Part shown: one piece after another, positions 24,830 through 39,214 of the stretch
How positions within the stretch are numbered: position 1 is the stretch's first letter
How the letters are laid out: every line of letters starts with the position of its first letter
DNA from: Okamejei kenojei
Taxonomy: Eukaryota
Length of the DNA: 64,000 bases
Direction: 5' to 3'
Assembly (NCBI GenBank): GCA_035221665.1
Contig: CM069143.1
Span: 13,764,001-13,828,000 of the forward strand
The notes under the pieces: generated by a model
Told to the model about the DNA's origin: nothing
Database searches by the model: none
Seen by the model: the letters and a program-made list of their open reading frames with translations, nothing else
Translations under genes and position numbers: made by a program

Positions 24830-25370
24830 GAACTTCTTGTATGCTGAGAAAGCACACACAGCAAAATCCTATACTTCCAGTGGCGGAAGTCCGCAGGAAC
24901 TGGAAGGACAGAGATGTGTGGTGCGTCTGTCACCGTTCCCGTCGGAAGCCAGCACCACTGCATTGCTAATGTTTTCAATGAAGATGATGATGATTGTATG
25001 GATTCCCGATATCCCATATCACCACATTGCTACCGTTGCACTTTTTAAAATCTGAACTTTCGCTGGAGCTGTAGCACTATATTCTGCACTCTGTCTCCTT
25101 TCACTTTTACACTACTTGTTGTGCTCATATATGGTATGATTGATTTCATGTGTGGGGTATAATATGCCTGGTCTGTATCTCCACACATGTGACAATAGTA
25201 AACCACTAAACCTGTGGGTGAACTGGAGACACGAGAGACTGCAGATATTGGACCCATAGTTTTCTGAGTCATTCGTAACTGTCACTATTGTCATGTTGTT
25301 ACTTGTGGGCGGAGCACCAAGGCAAATTCCTTGTATGTGAATACTTGGCTAATAAAGTTACTTACTTACA
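24830..25370 (+). mobile_element. Composite Rex1/Babar-like 3' fragments
   Basis: gcactatattctgcactctg...atgtgacaatagtaaacc and cttggctaataaagttacttacttac tails. Confidence 0.45.
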
Positions 25371-26919
25371 CAGGCAAAACACAAAGTGTAGAGGAACTCA
25401 GTGGGTGAGTCAGCATCTAGGGCGGGTTGGGACACTTCATCAGACTGTGGGTGAACTGAGTGTGTAGTGGGTGGATGGAACCAGATGGGGAGGGAGAGAG
25501 AATCACAGATTGAGGTCTGGAGAGTGGGTGGTGGGTAAATTGACCAATCTAATTTGTGTTGACCATACTTTGGCACTGGAGAATGCCAAGGATGGACAGA
25601 TCTGCAAGGGACTGGGAAGAGGAATTGAAATAGCATGCTCAGGATGGTCATTGCCAATCTAATTTGTGTTAAAATATCTTACTAATATTATTATGTCACT
25701 GCTTCAACCACTTCCTCTGGCAGCTTGCTCCAAGTATATTCCACCCTCTATGTGAAAACACAGTCCCAGTCAGGAGAGATTGGGAAAATGAGGTGATTAT
25801 TGAAAAAACATTAACAAAGAGGAGAGGGTGTGCACAATTATGAACAAGAAATGGTTAAAGAGGAAAACAAAATGGGGCAAAACTGATGGCTCAGAACGTC
25901 CTGCTAAAATCCAAGCTAGGTTGCCCAGTGCAATCTTTGCACATGATATAGAGGGCCTCAGATTGTGGATGGAGTTACTGATTAAAATCTTTCCAATTAT
26001 GTTTAGCAATCAGGATTTTCAAAAATCCTGTCAAGTGATGCATGAAAGCAGCTGTATGATGTAATGGTTTCTCTGGAGCCATGCATCTAAATATTTGGAA
26101 ACTTGCACAAACCAAACAAATTTACAATGTCTGTTAAATCTGCAAAGTTCTGTTTCTGAGAGCGGCATCAGTGTGCAAAATAATTTTGCACACTAAGTAC
26201 ATGGCAATGTGAACATTAGAACAGGTTTTGTGCTTTTAACATGCCATACATGTTTCCTTCACTCAAGCGCCAAAGAAGAAAATGTAGTCACATGTCACAT
26301 TTCGCATGAAACTCGGAGGATTAGGAAGGCTAGAGAGGAGGTGTAAGTATAAGGATGTCTATCAGTGTAGCCCAAGGATATTGATGTAATGTGGCCGAGG
26401 TAAGAAATTGTACAGATCGACTTACATTTGATTCTTGCCTGTAGAACTGTCTGCTGCACCATTGTACAACTGGTGTGTAAAGTCATTGATGAGATGATCA
26501 GTTGGATTTTGATGCTGAACTCTAACAATCTACTGAAAGAAAACAATGGCTTTGTTGACCTGAGTTTCTGGCTCCTGGTTTTAATTTATACCATCATACA
26601 AACACTCATTCAAAGTTGAATGAAACCAAGGTGATTAATTAATTTTCAATACATCTCTTAAATTAGCTTTTGCATATTGGGTTCAGTTGTTTTAATGCCG
26701 AAAACTGACTTGAATGAAAAATAATACGTTAACTCTTGCAATGTTTTCGTGTTGAAACATTAATAGCATTCTAATAGTGTACCATCAAAATTGTCTCCTG
26801 TATCATTTACGCAACCATTTGAAGTTCTTGTTGTGATGTGTGAAGACTGCAGTTTCCTCCGAGTGATATCGACAGGCAATTTATATTTTTGTTTAACCCC
26901 AATGTATCATAAGCCTTAG

Positions 26920-27158
26920 GATCAAAGAATTACAGTTGCGTGCAGCATGGAAACTGACCCTTTGGTCTATCGTGTCTGTACCAACAAACCGGCATCCATT
27001 TGCACTAATCCAATTTTAATCCCTTTTTATTCTCAACAACTCCTCCCACTTACACATCTAGGGAACTTTACAGTGACTAATTAATCTACCCGCCCATATG
27101 TCTGTTAGATGTGGGATGAAACTCACACAGTCACTGGGTGAATGTGCAAACCACAGAC
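26920..27158 (-). mobile_element. Degenerate HE1-like SINE
   Basis: actcacacagtcactgggtgaatgtgcaaaccacagaca is the reverse complement of the SINE body. Confidence 0.65.
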
Positions 27159-27159
27159 A

Positions 27160-29255
27160 TTATATATTTTTCAAAATGTCATTTGTTCCAAGTTCAGGAT
27201 GCTTTGTGGAGCTGTTGAAGAGGGTTAGATTAGTGGGGGATGATTGAGGAGGAGGTCTGGGAGCTAGGGGCAAGCGAGGAAAGTCAATTTGCTTTTGTGA
27301 AAAGAAAATCACCTTTGCCCATTTAATTTGAGTTCTTTGAAGAAGCAACCTGTGCAGTGAGTGTGTTTCTGTCATATATTCATATGGCATTTGATAAACT
27401 GGTGCATAAAAAAAAAGGAAACTAATAGCTCAAGGTGCAGGAGGTAACATTGACTTGTATAGATATTTTGCCAACAGGAAACAGAGTGTAAAATGGGTCT
27501 ATTTTTCATTGGCAAGATATAATGAGTAATGCGCCGTGGGGATTTGGTACTAGGTCTCAACATTACAATTTATATAAATGACATGGATGAAGGCTCTAAG
27601 GTATGATAGCTAAATTTACCAATGACACAAGATAGCTAGGAAAGTAACTTGTGAAGATGACAGAGGAAGGCTAGAAATGGAAGTAGATAAATTAAGTAAG
27701 TGTGCAAAAGTTAAAAAGATGGGAAAATATGAAATGATCTATTTTGGCAAGAAACAAGAGAGAATCATAATATCTAAAGGGGGAGAAATTGCAGAATTTT
27801 GAACTGTGGAGAGATCTGAGTGACTTAGCAAATAATTTTGCAAAAGGCTTTCGCGAGGGTACAAAAGAAAATAAGGAAAGTGTGTGGAATGTTTTTTTGT
27901 TCTATTACAGGGTCTCAACTCAAAATATCAAACATCCCTCTGCCTCCATAGTTGTTGCCTGACTCCGAGTTCCTCCAGCAGTTTGTTTTTGCATCAAATA
28001 ACAGCATCTACAGTCTCTTGCATCTCGTGATTTTTTGTTTGTTTATTTTTCAGGGAATTAAATATAAAAGTAGGGAGCTCATTATCACCATACTACTTTA
28101 TGGTATCGAAGGAAGACATTTGGCCAATCAGGCTCCTGAGACAATTCTATCCATCTATTCCACATTTGTTTTGCTATGTTTCATTTTTCTTTTGTGCATG
28201 CCCATTAACACCACCATCTCACCAGCCATCTCTATGAAGAGTAATTTATAGTGGGACAAGAACCCGCAGGTGGGATGAAACCTGAGAACTTGGGGAAATC
28301 CATTCATTCCCAGTGAGGATGTATAAACTGCATAGAGACAATGACCAAGGTCAGAATCAATCCTCTGTCTTTGGAGCTGTGAGATTGCTCCTCTGCCGCA
28401 CCATCACTGTGATGCCTATGGAGGGCGCTGCTGAGAATGCATCTGGAGTACTGTGTCCTTCTCATGGAGGGAAATGATGTCAATGCATTGGAAATAGTTC
28501 AAAAAATGTTAATTGGACCAACACGCAGAATGGAGATACAAGAGACTGCAGAAGCTGGGATCTGGAGCAAAATAACAAGTTGGTGGAGGAACTTTGTAGG
28601 TCTGGTAGCATCTGTGGGAGCAAAGTGATAATCAGGTTTCGGGTTGAGACTTGCATCAATGTTGATGTTGGGTTTAAAGTGGAGAGGTGTACGTTCAGAG
28701 TGGTCAACATTGGAGTAAAGTAAAGATGGCTTACCTCATTGAAATAGGGACCGGGTTTACAGTCATGATTTGGGTCATCTGACATAAAAAAGGATTTTAA
28801 TATTTTATAGGGAGTGCAGCAAATATTCACCACACTGGTCTGTTGTATGAAGAGATTGACTAGTACTCTCTTCTTAATAGCTAAAAATATTAAGAGATAA
28901 ACTGAAACATACAAAATACTAAATGCCACATCACAGTTTATGTAAGCAGGACATAGGCAGGACCCCTGGGTAAAGAATCCAGAACTAGGTACAGTCTCAA
29001 AATAAGAGGCACGCCAATTAGTGCAAAATGATAAGACATATCACAATTCCAAGGATTTGGAATCATTGGAATTCTCTACATCACATTGGAAGGCTGGAGA
29101 TGCTCATTCATTGACTGTAAAACAGATCAATAGATTTCTGAATATTCAAAAAATATGTAGGAAAGGGTAAAGTGCAGGAAAATACTGATGGCGATGATCA
29201 GCTGTGATCTAATGAATGGCGCAGGGCTGAATGGCATTCTATTTCTTTCCTAATT
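27160..29255 (+). mobile_element. Old fragmented CR1 LINE (RT to 3' end) with nested SINE and PLE pieces
   Basis: gcatttgataa, ctaaatttaccaatgacacaa (KFADDTK-like), catctggagtactgtgt (HLEYC); minus-strand SINE at about 28095-28410, PLE pieces at about 27910-28025 and 28535-28655. Confidence 0.7.
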
Positions 29256-32200
29256 GGGGAATGCTATGTACAAAGTAAATTTATTTCTTCCCATTTAACT
29301 TTGCATAGGAAAAAATGAGAGACGCATTCCGTGCATTTATGTGTGTATGTAATGTGAGTTTAATATACCGACGTGTGCGTTTCTGTATATGTATTATTGG
29401 GTTTAGAGTGATGCCTCCAATGATGAATAATAAAGCAACACAATCAGCCAAGATTTAAGAGATGCACAGGACTCTGCAAATTCGTGTTTAGGTGAGATGG
29501 TGTGGAGAATCTTACTCTGTGGAAGGAATACTTTGGTAGTTTGTCCAGTGAGCGGGTTGAAGGGAAAACTGAGTTGCAATCTTATTGTTGTGACTGCCAT
29601 TGTTGGAGTGATTTAATGCTAGGAAGAGCAAGAGCCCAGAGCTGAAGGGATAGATTCCCCAGGAATGTAGGATGGGGCTGGATAAGGTGACAGTGATAGG
29701 GAGGGACAACATCTCGGAGAAAGATGAAAACAATGGTGAAAATGTTGAAACCAAAGAGTTGTTAATAGGGAAGCTTTGTTGATTAGCAAACGCAGGCCAA
29801 TGCTTGAGAGGTTTGATGCAAGCTGGGGCACTGGATTTAATTTGACTCAAACTAATGGAGTGTAGACAAGTTTGCATTCAGGGATTTGTTGAAGTCGTCA
29901 TCTGAAGGTTTAACTGGTAGAGAAGGTGAGGTGGGTTTCACTGGTAGATGAGGTGAGGCAAGACCTGAGTTGGATTAATCTATGAAAGTTGGAAATAGAC
30001 TGATTAAGAGGTCTGGGAGTCAACTTGAAGTCAAGTAGAATAGCAATCCTGCAAAAAAATCTGGTTTCCTTTTAGACCGTTTCAGTGATTAGGGAACTGA
30101 GTTTGTGCTGTAGACCCACTGTGATGGCTGATTGTAACAAATGCTTGTGGCATATGACAAGGAGTAGGAATGTAAAATATCTTGCCTTTCATTACTTTTC
30201 ATTTGCTGCACATCTCTGTTCTACAGATTGGAAGACCAGATGGGCCTTTAACATGTGGACCAGTTCTTAAAAGCATAGCTGTTTATTTTGCTTTCTGCCA
30301 AGTTTTAAAGTCAACACCAAGAGGCACTGTCAATTACCAACAGACATTAACACAACCAAGGTCAATACAGCCCTCTTCACACTATCAACACAAATCTTTG
30401 AAGTAATTTTCAACGTAAACTACATTTTGGATTATTCTTCATAGTCTAGGGGTGTTCATACTGATGTTGCAGCTTGATCAGCCATAAACACATAGCTCTA
30501 TCCATAAAGGGCAAACTAAGCAACCTTTTTGCTTTGTTGCATCTTGGTGCCACATTCTGTTCACAGTTAAATGCTTAAAGTACTTAACGGGGAGCTGAGG
30601 ATCTCGGGTTTGTAATGGAAACTTTGCATCTCTATGTTAGCGATTAGATTTCGTTATGCTATTTCATTAACAGCGTACGTATGGCTAAATCAAGTACCTT
30701 TTATTGAAACTGCTGCGTCCTGAGGTACTTAGAATAGGTTTATGGATTACTAAAAAAGGGTTTATTTATTGATATACATAGACCAAAGCCTTGAAATGAA
30801 TGACTAGTTTAGAAAAACAGATTTTAAAATATAATTTAAATGAGTGACTACATTATCAATAAAGATCTCTTTTTAAAACTGTAATGCCATTTTTTTAATG
30901 AAGAATATTGCATTTTCCTCCCAGAATCAATATATCTTGCACTGTGGATTAAAATGCAATTGTTGCATTTATCTGACATGATTGCATTCAACATCGTTCA
31001 TACTTCACCCCAAATCACAAAGATATTTGCCAGTTCTTATTTGCCAATACTTTAAGAATTTAATCATGTACAGAACTGTGTGTATTTCACCTGGTGAAGT
31101 TGAAGCCCCGCACGTTAAACATGTATTTCACGAAGGAAATAATCAAGTACAAATGAAGAAGCGTGTGGAGAAACACTCCATTTAGACTCACAATCCCTAT
31201 AGTTATATTGAAAATAGGAGCATAATGATAATTTCTCTTTTCTTTTCAAAATATGATGATGTTGAAGGTCACTGTTTGTTAAGTAGGCTCATTAGAAGCT
31301 CAATAAATTTTGTCCTTCGCTTGTTTCTCAGTGGATCTTTGCAATATAAATGGTGCTGCTTGGCACAGAAATTGGACCCTTGAGACAAGTCCATAAGCAA
31401 CTCCTTGGCCTTGCAACGTAATGTAGAAAAGCAGAAAGACATTTAAAATGCTCACTAAATAACAGCAATTAAATGTTCAGCATTTCCAAGAATTTATAAA
31501 AAATGCACGCATTAGATCCAAAATGCTACTTAACCCTGGTTAAAGGTTTAGGAATTAGAATGCAGCCTCACACATTCCCCTGGCTGCTGAGTGGATAAGT
31601 GCAGTACTGGTACTAAAACAGCCAGACGACAGTAGCATTGATCCCTTGACAGCATTTGAGTTCACAGGCACAAGAGGTACAGTGGTGTAGCCACCACACT
31701 TAGGTTCATTGCACGCCGCTGGATGGTGCAAAGGATCGGCTAAAACCCCCTTTTTAATCCATTTCCCTACACCAGAATTCAACTTCAGTAAGCAATCATA
31801 TTATTGTAGGTTTGTTCCCCACACTGCATTTTAAATATTACATGCAGCTCCTTTCCTCTTTCATTTTCACCAGAAATGTAGAGACTAAATGACCAAAGTG
31901 GGGGGGAGACAAGCGTCGATAGGAACATGAGTCTGTTTAAAAGTGGGATTTGTGGCATTTTGATAGCTGCAAATCTTTCGCTGATTTTTTTGTCAAGCCA
32001 ACATCGATGTGCGTGTCTTCCCAATGGCTTGCTGTAGCAAATCTATTGATGTTACTTTCAAATTGCGGCCTGCTGTGTGAGATTCTTGTATTGGGGGCAA
32101 AATATGCCTGCATGGCTGAAAACATATTTTAAAATATTCTTGTGATAAATGCTTATATGCTTCCAAAACGGCACTGGCAATGAAAACTAATGAGAGCTGG

Positions 32201-32490
32201 AAAGAAATTATTTACTTTGCATCAAAAATATAATTTATAATTCAAGAGCTTCTTAATATAAATGTTCAACTTTGGGTGAAATACACAGCCTCTAACATGG
32301 GAGTAACACAAGCTTGATATACGCCACGGGACAAGAATTCGACATAAAGGTGGATAAAGCTGATGCAGTTAGGAAGATCAAACTGTTTGGAAATTTACAG
32401 CGAGCCATTACCTGAGCTAGGACTGATTTTCCAGACATGTTTCTTATGCTTTGAAGTACATTTGTATTTGTTGAAACGTGGACACCATCT

Positions 32491-33130
32491 TTTATAACAA
32501 GAGGAATCGAATATAGTTTATAACAAGAGGAATTGAATATAGGAACAAAGAGGTCCTTCTGCAGTTGTACAGAGCCCTAGTGAGACCACACCTGGAGTAT
32601 TGTGTGCAGTTTTGGTTCCCTAATTTGAGGAAGGACATTCTTGCTATTGAGGGAGTGTGCGTAGGTTTACAAGGTTAATTCCAGGGATGGCGGGACTGTC
32701 ATATGCTGAGAGAATGGAGCAGCTGGGCTTGTACACTCTGGAGTTTAGAAGGATGAGAGGGAATCTCATTGAAACATATAAGATTGTTAAGGGCTTGGAC
32801 ATGCTAGAGGCAGGAAACATGTTTCCGATGTTGGGGGAGTCCAGAACCAGGGGCCACGGTTAAAGAATAAGGAGTAAGTCATTTAGAACGGAGACAAGGA
32901 AACACTTTTTCTCACTGGGAGTTGTGAGTCTGTGGAATTCTCTGCCTTAGAGGCAGTTCTCTGGATGCTTTCAAGAGAGAGCTAGATAGTGCTCTTAAAA
33001 ATAGCGGAGTCAGGGGATATGGGGAGAAGGCAGGAACAGGGTACTGATTGGGGATGATCAGCCATGATCACATTGAATGACCCTGCTGGATCGAAGGGCC
33101 AAATGGCCTACTCCTGCACCTATTGTCTAT
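32491..33130 (+). mobile_element. Young CR1 LINE 3' fragment
   Basis: LVRPHLEYCVQFW, RRFTRLIPGMAGLSYAER...RRMRGNLIETYKI, TRGHG, intact 3' UTR. Confidence 0.93.
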
Positions 33131-33764
33131 CTTATTTTCAATGTTTTGGTGACAATTAATGCAAAGAGAGTACTTCAACTCAAATATATATTACTAATCT
33201 TTGAGATAACGTCACAGAAAGGTAGAATCTGTTTCCGTTGAACCCTGCTCCTCACCCCACATATTTCCACTACTCTACGAACTAAGTATTTTGGTCATTC
33301 CTGCATCTAAAAGCTTAGAGCATCTGAAACATATTGGTTTAGACAATTTCTGTTTGCAGCACCAGCGGAGGTTGTATTTATTATCAGAATGAAGAATTTC
33401 ACAATGGTTCTAGCAGTGTGATTGAAACGGCCTCTAAAGCTATCCTAACTAAATCCAAACCAAAAATTGAAATCTCATCAGTTGGCCATTCTATGTAATG
33501 GAACAAAGAGGAAATGCTGCACAAAAGAGGCAGTAAAATGCCTCTTTAATCCTCTTGCAGTGATTTTGTTTCTTGTGTATTTTAGACAGTAATGTTTTTA
33601 TTCTTTATTTGAATGAAAAAGTCACATTAGATTGGCTTATGAGGTCGCACACATTCCTTGTTGAGTTTGGCCCAGAGCAAGAATAGGAAATTCATGAAAC
33701 ATTATACTATCAAGTGTAAGCACCTACAGATGAGATATTAACAACCTACCTGTCTATTTCATTG

Positions 33765-33998
33765 TGTAGGAAGGCACTGCAGATGCTGCTATGTACAGTA
33801 CTGAAGATAGACACAAAGTGCTGGTGTAACCCTGGGTCAGGCATAAACTCTGGAGAAAAAGGATGGGTGACATTTTCATTCTGCACCCTTCTTTGGACTG
33901 GAGAAGTCTGAAGAATAGCCCCAACCCAAAACGTTGCCCATCCTTTTTCTCCAGAGTTGATGCCTGACCTGCTAATTTACTCCAGCACTGTGTGTGTC
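33765..33998. mobile_element. PLE-derived inverted-repeat element
   Basis: Inverted pLTR arms; flanking direct repeat tttcattgt. Confidence 0.8.
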
Positions 33999-34659
33999 TT
34001 TCATTGTTCCCTCTCCATGGCTATGTACTCTGACCAATCTTTATTTTATTTGAATAATATTAGGTTATGTGTCACCTTTTCTTCAAGGCACCAACAAAAC
34101 AATTAGCTAGTCTCTATTTCTGAGCTTTCATTTTTACAAAGTGCTGCTATCTTAATCCAGGTGACAACAATGTGGTTGAAATGAATTAATAAAAATAATG
34201 TTATGTTCTTCAGGAGTTAAAACCAAGATTTCATCAGAAAATAAATTCCTCAAGATGCGCAACAGGCTGCCAATTAGTTACTATCCATTCTATGTGCCAG
34301 TCATAGTTGTACGTTTTAGTGACTAAAGATTTTTAGCACAGTGAAAAATTGATTAAGTGGTATGAAAGTTCAATATGAATTTCTTGATTTTATATTTTGA
34401 TGACTTTTTGTTATAAATACAGCAAACAGTTCAGATGTGACCTTGTGCATGGTATCTATCGTGTCCTTCAACAATGAATTGGATTGGCCTGTCATTTGAA
34501 GAAAGAGCGGGAGGGTAGAAAGATGAAAGAAAGTCAAGTCTGCAACTGCTGGGAAATATCTATGTGGAAAGAAATTCGAAAGGAAGGTGCTGAGAGAAAT
34601 TAATTCCTATTACTGTTGTTCATTCTTGAAATTGATGTTATACGTGTGCAGTAATCATG

Positions 34660-35240
34660 GCACAGTCCTGACTTTCACACTTTGATGAAGTCGTGTTAAT
34701 GTCATTGAACTGAGTGACATTCACTGTGCTGAGGAGCACTTCCAACAAGTATCAGTTAAGTTAACCATCTTTTTCTTGACATTCAACTACATTATCAGAG
34801 CCACATTTTCCACTATACATATTCTCGAGGACACCATTGGTAAAAAATTTAAGAGGTCTAGCTCCCTTAGCTGAGGAACGTGCAGTAATTGACTCACTTC
34901 TTGAAACCAAGTCATTCCATTATCTACAAATCATGTGTTTGCTGAAATGCCCTTTGCTTGGCTGGATGAATATAGATTCAATGACAGTCAACGCTACACA
35001 CTTGATTACCCATCCCATCCTCAACCTAACAACATTCCCTTTCTCCACCATCAGCACATTTTCTCTGCAGTGTGAAGGATCTACAAAACACACTGCTGAT
35101 AAACTGCATTATTCAACGGACTGACCTTTAGCACCTAGAAAGAAGAGTAAAGACATCCCTATACCTGTGGATGCTCTTCCAAATCTCAAGTGCAATTAGC
35201 AATGGGTAATAAACACTGGCATTGCTAACAGATTTCACAT
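34660..35240 (+). mobile_element. Ancient LINE 3' fragment (clade uncertain)
   Basis: Degenerate coding-like sequence; apparently related minus-strand pieces at about 42380-42900 and 58265-59000. Confidence 0.4.
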
Positions 35241-35324
35241 CCCACACAAAATTAAAATGAACTGTATGTATGTGTGTGTGTGTGTGTTTTTCCAATTGGT
35301 TAATAATCTGCTAAAAGTAAAGTG

Positions 35325-35471
35325 GATAGGTATATGGACGTGAAGGGAATGGAGGGGTATGGTCTGAGTGCAGGTAGATGGGACTAGGGGAAAACAAATG
35401 GTCGGCACGGACTGGAAGGGCTGAGAGGGCCTGTTTCCGTGCTGTAATTGTTATATGGTTATATGGTTATG
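35325..35471 (+). mobile_element. CR1-type 3' tail
   Basis: gggcctgtttccgtgctgta followed by (ttatatgg)n. Confidence 0.75.
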
Positions 35472-37189
35472 GTGCTAAAATGTTGTGGCATTTAATCAGA
35501 TAGCTGATAAACTCGGGATCTGATTAATAAATTACCTGATTGGCTAATTTTGTGACTGGCAATGAAAAAATAATTTCTATCATTCCTGATTGCAAAGTCA
35601 TATAAATAGCCTATAAAAGTTTTTCTTCAATGTCATGTTGATTATTCCAGGCAGTGAGAACTACAATAAATTTGAATATTTGACCCATTTCTATTACTGC
35701 ACTGGAGGTTTAGCTCCAACTTAAGTCGCTATTCTACATATATCGTGCCATTTACATGATGCGGCAAGATCACCTTCATTAAATAGATTACGGCAATAAA
35801 AATAAATGAAAGTAAATGCAGTCAGGATGAAATAATGACGATTCAAAGCACGAATAATGGGGTTTTCTTTCATTGTGGATTTTAGTTTATATGTTTGTAG
35901 CAATTATGATTGTCAATATAAGGAATGGATTGGTGGAGACTGAGAAGCACTTGGCATAGTTTCAGTCCTTCCTTACTCCAGCTGTCCTGGAATGATATTT
36001 GCAATTTTACATCTTCTAGCTTTGTCGCAATTCTGAGGGAGTCTGTGTAGTTTTGTGGTGATATTTCTGTACAAAACAATGAGTAGAGTGAATCAGGAAT
36101 ACCGTAACCTTAGGCCATTCGGCCTTCGATCCAGGGCCAAATGGCCTAATATTACGGTGTTCCTTACCCTCTGCTTATTGTGTGGTACAGAAGTATATTT
36201 TTTTCATCATTTACTGAGAAGGATGTTGAGGGTAGTGGTTGGAGTGTCCGTGGTAGGGAAGGTGTCTGATTTGATTCTGTTCTCGGATTAGTTTGAGCTC
36301 AGCCAGGACAAGGATGGTGCTCTAGTTTGTCGCAATACTTCCGAATTGAAGAGTGAAATTTGGCTACATGTAAGGTCTGATGCAAAACTTGCATGTGCAT
36401 AGATTTGGGTGACAAATCCGCTTAGGATCTCCCTCCATTGGACTGGCAGGTTCGCTGGCTTCACAATTCTGAAGGAAAATCTCCCTCTGAGGAAGTGCAG
36501 GAGTCTCTGATGTTACTGGTACTACATTTAATTGTATGATATTGTAAATGGTATTTAATTGTAGATTTTCAGGACAGTCATGCAGAACTTTTGAAGGAAG
36601 AAAGGATCCAACATATTTGTCCACGTGTTTAACAATGATTATAGGCAGAATACTTGGAGGACAAGTCCTTGAAACCATGGGGACAGTCCAGTCGAACCTA
36701 ACTGAAATAATATTGCAGCGGATTGAAATTAATCCTGTGATTATTTTGCACAATACACATTTTAATTATCGTTAATGTACGCAGAATAAGAGTGGGAGTT
36801 TTTAATGGACACACTGAACAAATTTTATTCACTTGAATGGCTTGTAAAGCCAGCAGGAACCTGAGATGATTGAATCTTCTGGAACATTATGACATACATT
36901 CTTTCGCTAAAAGCATGAAGTCTGGTTTCGAAGGATATTCCTTTCATTTTACTTGTTTGATTTTTATAATCAGCTATATCTAATTGTGCCTTTATAAACT
37001 TGTTGCTGTGCAATAATGATTAATGCAAGTGAAATGAGGCCAACGTCGTGACAAATGTAGTGTGAAATATCATGATAGAAATTCTAAAACTACTGATGGA
37101 AGCAATGGACCTTGATTTCCTGCCATCATTCTACTATTGTTTTACTCCCCTTTACCTGTTCCTGATGGTGTTCATGAATCCCACCATTG

Positions 37190-38240
37190 TCCACCCTAAA
37201 AATGCTGCTCTCTACGAGTAATATCCACTTGTAGCATTCATTTGTAATCAGGGAGCAACCTCAATGGTTTGTCTTTCCCATGCCCATGATATTAACACTG
37301 GTGTACCCCAAACATCCATTCTTGCTCTCCCATTATTTTTATTTATCCGTTTTATATTGTGCATCATCTGAAATCATACTACATGTCTCCATGCACACAG
37401 CATCACAGTTCTATCTCATTACCACCACATGACCTTTTAGCATCTTTCCAAGTAGATTGAGCATCCAACAGCTGCTATTAGTTATGTGGAGCAAAAGCTA
37501 CCTTGGGGAAGATCTTGGTCTTTTCATTCTTATTAAGGCTTCTGACAAGATCCCTTATCCCTGGCAGTCCTTCTTCCTGGAAACTGTCTGTCTGTCAATG
37601 AATCAAACACTTTGCCACTGTTTTGTCTGACCTAACTCTGAGGTAAACTTCAAACAGATCAAGCCTTGGAGACTGCCCACTTCCTCCTCATTTACATTAC
37701 CCAACTTCATACTTGCCTCAAATTACATGCTATATAAATCTTAATTTGTACCATTGTTATTTCAAATGTTCTAAAGCACTTCTGATTGACCTCTTCATTC
37801 TATTCTGTACAAAACGTGAAGTGATCTTTGCTGACTTTGTTCCTAGCTAATAGCAAGTCCAATTAATTAATTACCACAGCATCAGGTGGCCTACATTGAT
37901 ATCCAGTTAAGGAATCCCTCTGTTGGAATGTCTGACCTAACTCTGAGGTAAACTTCAAACAGGTCAAGCCTTGGAGACTGCCCACTTCCTCCTCATTTAC
38001 ATTACCCAACTTCATACTTGCCTCAAATTACATGCTATATAAATCTTAATTTGTACCATTGTTATTTCAAATGTTCTAAAACACTTCTGATTGATATCCA
38101 GTTAAGGAATCCCTCTGTTGGAATATTGGAATTATCCTTGGTTTGAAATCCTTCCTGGTTTTGCCCCATTCATAAGAGATGTCACCTCCAGCTTATTAAT
38201 GCTCCAGAGACTTGTTTTTATTTCAGAATTTCTGGCATGC
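37190..38240 (+). mobile_element. Old L2-like LINE fragment with internal duplication
   Basis: ggtgtaccccaa (GVPQ), degenerate ctacattgatatccagtt (LHWLPV-like) 3' region. Confidence 0.5.
37624..38124. repeat. Local direct duplication, A-B-C-A'-C'
   Basis: 37624-37788 recurs at 37929-38094, and 37897-37929 recurs at 38091-38124, near-identical. Confidence 0.92.
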
Positions 38241-39214
38241 TTCAGGAATTTCCTGTCTTAATATCCTTATTTTTTTTCTTTTTTAATAAAACTGAGATTG
38301 ATTTTTAATCAGTACGAAAATCAAGGATTCTCGGGATTTGGTGAGAAAGTTGAGGTAAATTAGAGCAGCCATGCTCATATTGAATGTTGTCTATTGGCCT
38401 ACTCCTATTCATATTCCTTATGGTCAAACATGAATATAGCTTCTCTTCAATCACAGCAGGGAGTTGAAGAACATTCTATGTCACAGTTGTTGCTTGTCTG
38501 ACTTCAGGTGCTTTAGCCAAAAATCCAGCAATCTATGATTTAATACTGCATTGGCCAGTGTCGTTCTCAGTCCATTGAAAAAAGGCATGATGATTAAAAT
38601 TTCTTATTAAATATATGAATTGCCTTGGATTTTTAAAAGAAAAAAGAAGCTCTGTAAAATGGTGGAATTGCAGTATGTTTTATTTTTCAGCAAATGGTAT
38701 CAAAAGCACTGATTTATTTTAAATTTAGCCATGATTAATGAACTAAAAATGTTACCTTTCTACTGCCTCCCCACTTTAAGGACCAAAGTGAAGTGAAATT
38801 GGGTAATTTAATTTCTGTTCCTGATGTGTTTATATGTTGTTCATGGCCTAACTCACACTAATTAGTGATTAATAGGGAATCTAGCTCCAGAAACGATCTT
38901 CAGTATAATTGCCTTGAAATTTATTGCATAAATCCTTTTTTTCTCGGAACTGTGATTGAAAATTGATTTTTTTTTTCAAAGAACGGTGGGGAGGAACTTG
39001 ACATTGATCCTTTCCAGATGGTTTTGCATCAATTTAGTCACAAGGAACATGGGACAGGGCCAGTCCATCTTTCTTTATGGAACATCCTTCAGAACCTTGA
39101 CCACATTGCCCTCAGGCTGCACATTGTTGGGCATCCTGTGACAACACAATCTGACTAGAATTTTGCAGGACCAGGTTGGTTGAAGTCAACTCAGTCCCCA
39201 ACACATGGGAATGA

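Noticed and set aside
25544-25670. 17-bp direct repeat ccaatctaatttgtgtt
   Set aside because: Could be a TSD or another junction patch, but the intervening 93 bp cannot be assigned, so it was not counted
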